A DNA stretch of 64,000 nt, taken from the NCBI GenBank assembly GCA_902772935.1, contig CACYCR010000160.1, positions 19,967 through 83,966 on the forward strand, given 5' to 3'. The position numbers and the translations under genes are program-made. Source of the stretch: Oscillospiraceae bacterium. Its GTDB lineage: Bacteria; Bacillota; Clostridia; Oscillospirales; Acutalibacteraceae. Shown one piece after another: positions 56,402 through 64,000 of the stretch (the first letter of the stretch is position 1; each line of letters begins with the position of its first letter). Under the pieces are notes generated by a model that made no database searches, had not been told where the DNA came from, and was given only the letters and a program-made list of their open reading frames with translations.

Positions 56402-57133
56402 TTACGCCTCCGGCTGATACTCGAACGCCGGCATCAGCTCCAGCTTGAACTGATTGATTCTGTGCAGGCGGTCAATGCGCGCCTTGTGCTCCGCGTTTTC
56501 GATCACACCCTCGCGGATGTAGCGATCCAGCTCCGCGTAGGTGAAGCCGAGATTGTCCTCATCCGTCTTGCCGGACAGACCGTCAATCGGCACCTTGTCC
56601 ACCAGATTCGTCGGCAAGCCGAGCAGGCGGCCAATGGCCTTCACTTCCGAAACCGTCAGTTTGGACATCGGGCTGAAATCCCCCGCCGCATCGCCGTACC
56701 GTGTGGAATATCCGACCCAGTCTTCCGACAGGTTGCAGGTGTTGACTACACGTCCGTTATGGCTCTGCGACACCGCGTACACCGTCGCCATGCGAATGCG
56801 TGCCGGCAGATTTGTTGTGCTTTGTGTTGACAATGGGAACGGCACGGCATCCGTGAGACCATCCACTGCGGCCTTGATGTTGATCACATAAGAGCGGATA
56901 CCGAGATGCTGCACCAGTTGTTCGGCGCAGTCAATATCTGCCTGGACGCCGCAAGGCATCAGTACGCCGATCACACGGTCTTTTCCCAGCGCTTCCACAC
57001 ACAGTGCCGCCGCGACCGAGCTATCCTTGCCGCCGGAAATACCAAGCACGGCATTGCAGCCCGGGCCGTTCTCTTCAAAGAAACGGCGAATCCATGCGAC
57101 ACAATCATTTTTCACCTGTTCTGCATTGAACAT
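56402..57133 (-). CDS. nadE: Ammonia-dependent NAD+ synthetase
   Basis: 243 aa. PP-loop GISGGKDSSVAAAL and typical NadE length. Confidence 0.9.
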   Translation of the reverse strand: MFNAEQVKNDCVAWIRRFFEENGPGCNAVLGISGGKDSSVAAALCVEALGKDRVIGVLMPCGVQADIDCAEQLVQHLGIRSYVINIKAAVDGLTDAVPFPLSTQSTTNLPARIRMATVYAVSQSHNGRVVNTCNLSEDWVGYSTRYGDAAGDFSPMSKLTVSEVKAIGRLLGLPTNLVDKVPIDGLSGKTDEDNLGFTYAELDRYIREGVIENAEHKARIDRLHRINQFKLELMPAFEYQPEA

Positions 57134-57153
57134 CGTTGTTATCCCCTTTCGTT

Positions 57154-57190
57154 ATAAAAGCGGCGCACCCCCGTCGCGGAGATGCGCCCG
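57154..57190 (-). terminator. Terminator-like hairpin immediately upstream of the nadE RBS (fba terminator and/or nadE attenuator)
   Basis: On the minus strand, GGCGCA/UGCGCC stem with a GC-rich inner loop, followed by GCUUUUAU. The RBS AAAGGGGA starts 4 nt later. Confidence 0.45.
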
Positions 57191-57284
57191 TATGCTTCAT
57201 CAGACAAACCGACGGTAGTCTATTTGGCATTTTAAACTGTTTTTCGTCAAGTCTTTTGAGAATGAAATGACGGGAAAATTACCA

Positions 57285-58220
57285 TCAAGCCTTCCCGGCG
57301 CAGCCGAGAACATCATTAATCTTATGCTCGACCATACCCTGAATCGCCGCTCTGGCGGGTTTCAGATACTGACGCGGATCGAAATGATCCGGATGCTCTG
57401 CAAAATGCTTGCGGATCGCTGCGGTCATGGCAAGACGCAGGTCGGAGTCGATGTTGATCTTGCAGACAGCCATGGTTGCCGCCTTTGCGAGCATTTCTTC
57501 GGGGATGCCGATTGCATCCGGCATCTTGCCGCCGTAGTTGTTGATTTCTTTAACAAACTCCTGCGGCACGGAGCTGGCACCGTGCAGAACGATCGGGAAG
57601 CCGGGCAGCTTTTTGGATACTTCTTCCAGGATATCAAAACGAAGCTGCGGCTTCTGGCCGGGCTTGAATTTATACGCGCCGTGGGAGGTACCGATTGCGA
57701 TCGCAAGCGAATCCACGCCCGTACGGGTCACAAAGTCATAGACCTGTTCCGGATCCGTGTAGCTGGCGTTGCCTTCTTCAACCGCAACGTCGTCTTCCAC
57801 GCCGGCAAGCGTGCCGAGTTCGCCTTCCACCACAACGCCGTGCGCATGGGCATAGTCCACGACCTTCTTCGTCAGTGCGACGTTTTCTTCGTACGGCAGA
57901 GAGGAACCGTCGATCATGACGGACGTGAACCCGCCGTCGATGCAGCTCTTGCAGGTTTCAAAGTCCGGGCCGTGATCCAGGTGCAGCGCGATCGGAAGAC
58001 CGGTTTCTTTTTCCGCAGCTTCCACAAGCTTCACCAGATACGTGTGATTCGCATAGGCGCGGGCACCCTTGGATACCTGCAGAATCAGGGGCGCATTCAG
58101 CTTTTTCGCAGCTTCGGTGATTCCCTGGATGATTTCCATGTTGTTGACATTGAACGCGCCGATGGCGTAGCCGCCCTCATATGCATCCTTGAACATTTTT
58201 GTTGTTGTGACTAATGGCAT
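57285..58220 (-). CDS. fba: Class II fructose-1,6-bisphosphate aldolase
   Basis: ATG at 58220, 6 nt after AAGGAGA. GYAIGAFNVNNME, LHLDHG and VLHGASSVP motifs. Confidence 0.94.
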   Translation of the reverse strand: MPLVTTTKMFKDAYEGGYAIGAFNVNNMEIIQGITEAAKKLNAPLILQVSKGARAYANHTYLVKLVEAAEKETGLPIALHLDHGPDFETCKSCIDGGFTSVMIDGSSLPYEENVALTKKVVDYAHAHGVVVEGELGTLAGVEDDVAVEEGNASYTDPEQVYDFVTRTGVDSLAIAIGTSHGAYKFKPGQKPQLRFDILEEVSKKLPGFPIVLHGASSVPQEFVKEINNYGGKMPDAIGIPEEMLAKAATMAVCKINIDSDLRLAMTAAIRKHFAEHPDHFDPRQYLKPARAAIQGMVEHKINDVLGCAGKA

Positions 58221-58286
58221 TGTCATTCTCCTTTTTTGATTTTATTTATTGTATCAATGCGCGGAATTTCCGCGAAGTGATCCTGA

Positions 58287-60410
58287 TCAAGTTCCGTCCG
58301 GCGTATAAACCAGATAGAAGCAATGGGACCGCAGCTTTCCTTCCATCACCTGAATGCGGAATTCGTTGCCGGTGATGATCTTGCCGCCGACATTGATGCT
58401 GGAAACATAACCGATGTTGGAATCGAGCGCCTGGTCATGCGACACGATGGAAATCCACGTTGCCGGGTCGCCGGTCAGCTCCACGCTGAGTTTCTGGCTG
58501 GCGATCGCTTTGAAGTCTGCACTGGAGATCGAATAGAACGATTTGAAATCCGGGGCGTTGTAATCGCCATAGCTGGGACGACCGCCGCCGAGGTACGGCA
58601 GATCTGCGCTGCCGCTCCAGACGTTGGCGTACGACGTCGTCTTGCCCGCGCTGATCGAATGGAAGGGCGTCAGCGCTGTCCGGCCGTTATAGGAGATGTA
58701 CAGACCGGCCGCGATCACTTCGTCCGCAACCTCCTGGCAGAGCTGCGACGGTGTTTTGCCGAACGCGTTCGCATCCGCGTTGAGTTTGAAGTTATTGTAT
58801 TTTGCAAAGGTGTAGATCGCAACCGCCTGCGCCTTCAGCGCCTCGCGCTTGAAGGTGCCGCCCATCTCGCTTTCCAGAACCGTTGCCAGAAACTCACGGG
58901 TATTGTAATCTGTACCGTCATAATTGATCGTCGCAGGGTACTGATCACCGGTCACAAGTGTTGTACCGTAATAATAGTTCGCGAGGATCTGTGCGTAATC
59001 CCAACCGAGAGATGCCAGATAATCCGCGCCGTGCTGGCTCAGACCGACGCCGTGGCCATAGCCGAACACATAGAACGTGAAGACACCGCTGGTGGACGGC
59101 GCAGGTGCGCTCGTCGGCGTTGCGGAAACATCCGTCGCACCCGGTTCTGCCGGCGCGACATAGTTGCCGCCGCTGGTGACATCCGGCAGCGCGCTCGTCG
59201 GCAGGGTCGGCAGCGTCGAGGACAGATCGCTCTGATCTGTCGGCACGGTCGTGGTCGGTTCTTCTTTTTTGAGATAGCCGTTGATCCAGAGAATCGGTAC
59301 AACGATCGCGGCAACCAGAATCACCGCCGCAAACGCAATCAGGCCCTTCGGCACTTTCTTTTCTTTCTGTTCCGGCTGCTTTTTCGGCTGCGGACGCACT
59401 TCCGGCAGCACCGCACTGTTCTCCGCTTTTTGACAAATCGTTTCAAACAGCACCATGATGCAGTGCGGCAGCATCAGCTGCAGATCATCTTCATTGGTGG
59501 TTGTGATCTTCTTCGCTTTGGTGCCGATGCTGTCGGACACCGCCACCACTGCAAAATATGTCGGGGTGCCGCTGCTTTCGTCGGAATAAATACCGGAAAT
59601 CGCTGCGCCGTAATCCGCACCGTCACTGATGCGCGCTTCCCGCGCCTGCCGCAGAACGGTCGCCGCGGGCGTCTCTTCCGGGAGATGTCCGGTCTCATCC
59701 GGCATCGGGTCCGGTACCGTCACGAAATCCACTGTTGCGTCAAAGCCGTCCACTGTGTCCCGCAAATCGGTCAGCCAGGAAACAGCGTCGCCTGTTGCCA
59801 GCGCCAGCCGGCGGTCAATGTGAGACAGCGCCGCAACCACTTTGCGTGCCGGCGTTGCAAAATCCACCGTCGGCACCTGCGGGTCTTCCTGCGGGACTTC
59901 TTCTTCCTGCGCTTCCTCGGGCGCAAAGAGCGCTGCGATCATGCTCTCCAACGCGGCATCCACGCGGGAGAAATCCAACGGCAGCAACGTTACGGTTCCC
60001 GCCGACGTCTGCACGGTAAAGCCGCTGTAAAGGCCGTCTTCCGTCAGGTGCAGCGTGCTGTCTTGCGCGACTGCCGCATGGGCAGCTTCGTCAATCTCAT
60101 CCGTGGAGAGGTCGTTTTCGGCTGCGTACTGTTCGATGCGTTCCGAAACCGCCGACGAGGTTTCCTCCTCCAGGTTGAGTTTTGCAATCAGATTACGCTT
60201 GACGATGTTGAAATCGCCGGGTTCAACGGCAATGATCGCGTTGTCGCCGTCTTCCGCCGCAAAACAAGCCGCGTTCAGCAGCGCGTCATAGGTTTCAAAG
60301 CCCTGCAGGTTTTCCTCCAGCAGGCCGAAATCTTCCAACGCAAGACAAATCTTATAGACCGCATCCGACGAAAATGCGGAAATGTTTTCCAGGGTGAAAA
60401 GCTTAATCAT
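58287..60410 (-). CDS. SpoIID/LytB-domain protein with a large N-terminal cytoplasmic region and one TM helix
   Basis: ATG at 60410 after GGAGGA. TM helix GLIAFAAVILVAAIVVPILWI at about residue 350. C-terminal SpoIID signature FGYGHGVGLSQHGA. Confidence 0.8.
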   Translation of the reverse strand: MIKLFTLENISAFSSDAVYKICLALEDFGLLEENLQGFETYDALLNAACFAAEDGDNAIIAVEPGDFNIVKRNLIAKLNLEEETSSAVSERIEQYAAENDLSTDEIDEAAHAAVAQDSTLHLTEDGLYSGFTVQTSAGTVTLLPLDFSRVDAALESMIAALFAPEEAQEEEVPQEDPQVPTVDFATPARKVVAALSHIDRRLALATGDAVSWLTDLRDTVDGFDATVDFVTVPDPMPDETGHLPEETPAATVLRQAREARISDGADYGAAISGIYSDESSGTPTYFAVVAVSDSIGTKAKKITTTNEDDLQLMLPHCIMVLFETICQKAENSAVLPEVRPQPKKQPEQKEKKVPKGLIAFAAVILVAAIVVPILWINGYLKKEEPTTTVPTDQSDLSSTLPTLPTSALPDVTSGGNYVAPAEPGATDVSATPTSAPAPSTSGVFTFYVFGYGHGVGLSQHGADYLASLGWDYAQILANYYYGTTLVTGDQYPATINYDGTDYNTREFLATVLESEMGGTFKREALKAQAVAIYTFAKYNNFKLNADANAFGKTPSQLCQEVADEVIAAGLYISYNGRTALTPFHSISAGKTTSYANVWSGSADLPYLGGGRPSYGDYNAPDFKSFYSISSADFKAIASQKLSVELTGDPATWISIVSHDQALDSNIGYVSSINVGGKIITGNEFRIQVMEGKLRSHCFYLVYTPDGT

Positions 60411-60441
60411 ATTAATCCTCCGTTTTTTATGATTCGGGGAC

Positions 60442-61902
60442 TCAGCCAACAAACCAACGCGACGCATTTGCGTACGGATTGGTCAATTTTTTCTTCGTGT
60501 AATAGGCCTGCGGATAGCGGGGATTGCTGTTTGCAACCGCAGCAGATGTATCGACATCCGCAGATTCTCCGTCACGGATGAGTCGTGCCACAACAACAAA
60601 TCGTGCGTTTTCGAACTCATGCGAGCAGGTAGACAGCGTCAGCAGCTTGTCACCCGGCCGCACATCCACGCCGGTGTTGTATAGAGAACGCTGCGCAATC
60701 TCGTTGAGGTACGCCGCCTGATTCTCCGCCGAAGACAGATTCGGGAAGAAGTAATTGAAGATGTATCCGTTGTCATCTTCTGCATAAGAGTTGGAGATGA
60801 ACGCGGCAATGACCTTCCAGCTATAGTCCGCATACAGTGTGTTGAATGTGATCACCGGCGCCGCTTTGAAGCCGTCCAGACGTTTATATTTGTCCAGCGC
60901 GCCGAAAATGGAGTTGTCATTCATGTGATGGCCGTAAATGACGGTATTCATATCCAGCGTGGCGATCTTGTTTTGGCAGGAGACGAACGGACAACCGTAT
61001 TTTGTTCCGTCGCCGTAAAAGTTTTTGTAAAGGTAATCGGTATCGTTGCGCGTCTGCACCACCGGAAGATGCAGGTTGATGCCGGGTGATTCCAGATACC
61101 CGACAAAGTCGGTGTTCGTCGCGTAGAACTTTGCGTATTTGAGCTGCATATTTTTCGGAAAGATAATATTGGGGTGCTCCTGCCGCAACTGCTCCCACTG
61201 CTGCTCTTCCGTCAGATGAACATTGTTGCCGACACTGCCGTTCGGATCACCGGTGTCGGTAATGATGAGGTTTGACACCTCATTTTCAAACGTCTGATTA
61301 TTCTTGTGCAGCAAAAATTCCCGCAGCAAAACACCCAGTGACGCCAGAATTGCAATGACGGAGACCGTCAGCACAACGATGCGCACAATTTTTTTGACGT
61401 TCTTTTTCTTTGCTTCCGGTGCTTCCTCCGGCACTTCGTCATCGTCCTCCACCTGAAGCGCACCCGGCGCCGTCGACAGCGGTTCTTCTTCCACGTCCTC
61501 CAGGTCGCTTTGTTCAAACGATTCGTCTGCGGAAAAGATCGTGCGCGGCGGCAGAACTTCCGTCTCTTCCATCTCATCCACCTGGAAATGCCCCGCGTCG
61601 GCAATAACCGACGTCAGCGGTTTTGCTTCCTCTACCGGCGGCAATGGCGATTTTGCAGGATCTTTTTTTTCAAAGTCCGGGCTTTGATATAAGATGCGTG
61701 TGCCCGTATCCACGCCCTCCGGCACGCCTTCCAGCGGCTGCGCAGGAATCACAGGGGCCTGCGGCTGCTCTTGTTGCTGCATCTGCTGCGCCTGTTGTTC
61801 GGCAAGATACCGCAGCAGCGTGTCAATCTGTTCTTTTGTCAGCTCCGGCTGCGCAGGTGTTGCGTCCGGTTGCTGTGGGCTGCCCTCATACTTGTTTTTC
61901 AT
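60442..61902 (-). CDS. Class B-like sortase with an N-terminal Pro/Glu/Gln-rich extension of about 190 aa
   Basis: TM helix IVRIVVLTVSVIAILASLGVLL. Catalytic-domain motifs VIYGHHM and TLSTCS, and the conserved Arg region FVVVARLIR. Confidence 0.78.
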   Translation of the reverse strand: MKNKYEGSPQQPDATPAQPELTKEQIDTLLRYLAEQQAQQMQQQEQPQAPVIPAQPLEGVPEGVDTGTRILYQSPDFEKKDPAKSPLPPVEEAKPLTSVIADAGHFQVDEMEETEVLPPRTIFSADESFEQSDLEDVEEEPLSTAPGALQVEDDDEVPEEAPEAKKKNVKKIVRIVVLTVSVIAILASLGVLLREFLLHKNNQTFENEVSNLIITDTGDPNGSVGNNVHLTEEQQWEQLRQEHPNIIFPKNMQLKYAKFYATNTDFVGYLESPGINLHLPVVQTRNDTDYLYKNFYGDGTKYGCPFVSCQNKIATLDMNTVIYGHHMNDNSIFGALDKYKRLDGFKAAPVITFNTLYADYSWKVIAAFISNSYAEDDNGYIFNYFFPNLSSAENQAAYLNEIAQRSLYNTGVDVRPGDKLLTLSTCSHEFENARFVVVARLIRDGESADVDTSAAVANSNPRYPQAYYTKKKLTNPYANASRWFVG

Positions 61903-61928
61903 GCAGTCAGTTCCTTCTTTGAAATAAT

Positions 61929-63215
61929 TCAGAATTCTTCTTTCAGGGGAATTCCGCCCGGCCGTTTCGCGGGCGCATACAAAGCGAACAAGCGGATCTC
62001 GTTCAGCAGATGCGTCGCAAACACCGTGCGGTTATAATCACGGCAGTCACCGGCGGTATGTCCGGTCTGCACGGTTTTTGTCCAAACGGTTTTGCCGTCT
62101 GTTGTTGCAAGATAGGCAAGGCCGGGACCGCGGCCGTCCTCTGTCGGATCGGGGCCGGCAATACCCGTGATTGCTGCGGCAACCGAAGCGCCGGAGCGAA
62201 GCCACGCGCCGTGCGCCATTTCAATAGCCACAGCCTCACTGTATACGGTATGTGCTGCAAGCGTTTCTTTTTTGACGCCGAGCAGCGATTGTTTGATTGC
62301 TTCCGAATAGGAAACTATGCCGCAGGCGAACACGTCGGATGCGCCCGCAATGTCAGTGATGCGTTTCGGCACCAGTCCCGCAGTGCACGATTCCGCCGTT
62401 GTGACAGTCAGGTGCTTTTCTTTGAGCAGCTGCACCGTCGCTTCTTCCATGCTGTGGACGTCGATACCGTAGATCCAATCACCAAGCCGGCTCTGAATCT
62501 CCTGCAATACCGGCGCCAAAAGCGCCTCGGCTTCTGCAGCCGTTTTTGCCTTTGCGGTCACGCGCAGCAACGCCTCACCGCTTTTTGCGTATGGCGCGAC
62601 CGTCGGATTCTGCGCATCCAGCAGATCGCTCACCCGCTCCGCCATTGCGCTTTCGCCGATGCCGAAGGTGCGGATCTCATGCGAGCAGATCACACCGTCC
62701 AGATACGGTCTGAGATACGGTACCGCGCTCTCTTCAAACATGGCCGTCATTTCGCGCGGCGGTCCGGGCAAAATCAGAATATGCTTTTTGTCTTTTTCCA
62801 TCGCGCAGCCGGGCGCTGTGCCGTTATGGTTCGGAAAAATCACCGCACCCTGCGGCATCCACGCCTGCTTTTCATTGCTTTTCGGCATTCCGCCGCCTCT
62901 GCGTGCGAAAAAGGCGCGGATGGCTAAAAGGCTCTCCTCGTCCGGGCAGAGCGGCAGATCAAAGAACGCCGCGCAGACCTCCTTGGTCAGATCGTCTTTT
63001 GTGGGGCCGAGACCGCCGGTCGTGATGACCATATCACTGCGGGACAGCGCAACGGTCAGCGTTTCGGTCAGCCGTGTGGCATTGTCGCCGACGACCGACT
63101 GATGCAAAACGGAAACACCGAGCGACGCCAGCCGCTGCGAAAGATATTGTGCATTGGTATTGAGAATGTCACCGAGCAGCAGCTCCGTACCGACAAAAAT
63201 CAACTCACAGGTCAT
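61929..63215 (-). CDS. cinA: Competence/damage-inducible protein CinA
   Basis: ELIFVGTELLLGDILNTNAQYLS and TTGGLGPTKDDLTKE (MoCF-type N-domain), plus a C-terminal PncC-like domain. Confidence 0.9.
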   Translation of the reverse strand: MTCELIFVGTELLLGDILNTNAQYLSQRLASLGVSVLHQSVVGDNATRLTETLTVALSRSDMVITTGGLGPTKDDLTKEVCAAFFDLPLCPDEESLLAIRAFFARRGGGMPKSNEKQAWMPQGAVIFPNHNGTAPGCAMEKDKKHILILPGPPREMTAMFEESAVPYLRPYLDGVICSHEIRTFGIGESAMAERVSDLLDAQNPTVAPYAKSGEALLRVTAKAKTAAEAEALLAPVLQEIQSRLGDWIYGIDVHSMEEATVQLLKEKHLTVTTAESCTAGLVPKRITDIAGASDVFACGIVSYSEAIKQSLLGVKKETLAAHTVYSEAVAIEMAHGAWLRSGASVAAAITGIAGPDPTEDGRGPGLAYLATTDGKTVWTKTVQTGHTAGDCRDYNRTVFATHLLNEIRLFALYAPAKRPGGIPLKEEF

Positions 63216-63230
63216 GAAACATGTTCCTCT

Positions 63231-64000
63231 TTATTCAGCGTCGATGTTGCAGTGCTGCGTACCGCGCACCGCCTCGTCAATCAGCGGTTCAAAGTCGATC
63301 GCCGCCTCCGCTTCTTCCAGCATCGACAGCACGGGACGCGTCTTCGGATGCTTTGGTGTGAACACCGTGCAGCAATCCTCATACGGCAGCAACGACGTTT
63401 CGAAGGTGTCGATTTTTCGCGAAATCGTAATGATCTCATCCTTATCCATGCCGATCAGCGGCCGGAAAACCGGCATCTCGGCCACGGCGTTGGTACAGGC
63501 AAGCGCGCCGATGGTCTGTGACGCAACCTGCCCAAGACTTTCGCCGGTGATCAGCGCCTTGCAGTCGCGTTCCTGCGCGAGTCGCTGCGCAATCTTCATC
63601 ATCATGCGGCGCATGATCAGTGTAAACATATCTTCCGGGCAATTGTCCTTGATCGTTTCCTGCAGCTTAGTGAATGGAACGACCATCAGATGGATTCTGC
63701 CGCTGTAGCGTGCAACGATCTGCGCAAGGTCCTTGACCTTCTGCTCCGCGCGTTTGCTGGTATACGGCGGCGACGCAAAATGCACCGCGTCAAGGCTGAT
63801 GCCGCGTTTTGCCATCATCCAGCCGGCAACCGGACTGTCGATGCCGCCCGAAAGCAGCAGACACGCCTTTCCGGACGAGCCGACCGGCAGACCGCCGGCT
63901 CCCTTGAACTGATTGCCGTGGATCAGGACCTGATCGCGGACTTCCACGGTGACCGTCAGCTCCGGATTGTGTACGTCCACCGTCAGCGGCTGGATGTTGG
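63231..64000 (-). CDS. thiI: tRNA 4-thiouridine synthase ThiI, C-terminal part (5' end lies outside the window)
   Basis: PP-loop LLSGGIDSPVAGWMM and downstream ThiI motifs. The frame stays open to the window edge. Confidence 0.9.
   Translation of the reverse strand, partial: NIQPLTVDVHNPELTVTVEVRDQVLIHGNQFKGAGGLPVGSSGKACLLLSGGIDSPVAGWMMAKRGISLDAVHFASPPYTSKRAEQKVKDLAQIVARYSGRIHLMVVPFTKLQETIKDNCPEDMFTLIMRRMMMKIAQRLAQERDCKALITGESLGQVASQTIGALACTNAVAEMPVFRPLIGMDKDEIITISRKIDTFETSLLPYEDCCTVFTPKHPKTRPVLSMLEEAEAAIDFEPLIDEAVRGTQHCNIDAE

Overview
This is a 64-kb chromosomal segment from a high-GC (about 55-60% in the spot-counted 60-nt lines) Gram-positive anaerobe. It is most consistent with Clostridia/Oscillospirales: a SpoIID-domain protein, a class B-like sortase, a lysine riboswitch with an intrinsic terminator, a Cheo-type SOS box at recA, GGAGG ribosome-binding sites and an [FeFe] hydrogenase. 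No rRNA, tRNA, CRISPR array, transposase or integrase was seen. Most of the window is housekeeping: rlmH; lysA-dapB-dapA under an L-box; recA-recX-rimO-mntP; typA; galE; rsmA; secA plus a SufC/SufBD-like pair; trpS; nadE; fba; cinA; thiI. There is an 8.4-kb same-strand cluster (amidohydrolase, acyl-CoA ligase, Na+/solute symporter, iorAB, paaK, ACT protein) that looks like an arylacetate/arylpyruvate module. There is also a four-gene TagF/GT2 glycopolymer operon and a HydA plus NuoF-FeS/GltD-like hydrogenase pair. No complete novel multi-gene system could be demonstrated from sequence alone. The parts that merit a second look are: (1) a low-GC (spot counts 38-42%) 2.2-kb block carrying its own promoter and a structured leader with mutually exclusive antiterminator/terminator helices, followed by a GLUG-type surface protein whose host-GC 3' end encodes repeated Cys3-His modules and a CxxCGxxH amphipathic tail; (2) a second low-GC gene for an 889-aa secreted NPCBM/FN3 protein with a helical core and a 46-residue Gly/Ala/Ser/Val hydrophobic segment; (3) two paralogous small proteins (55 and 64 aa, the first below the ORF-track cutoff), each with a near-consensus promoter, a 5' leader hairpin and a strong RBS, next to a 4-TM protein; (4) a promoterless gene relic between two convergent terminators; (5) an AT-rich 265-bp intergenic segment with iteron-like repeats; (6) a terminator hairpin directly in front of the nadE RBS. 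All family calls rest on motif recognition by eye. No database search was possible.
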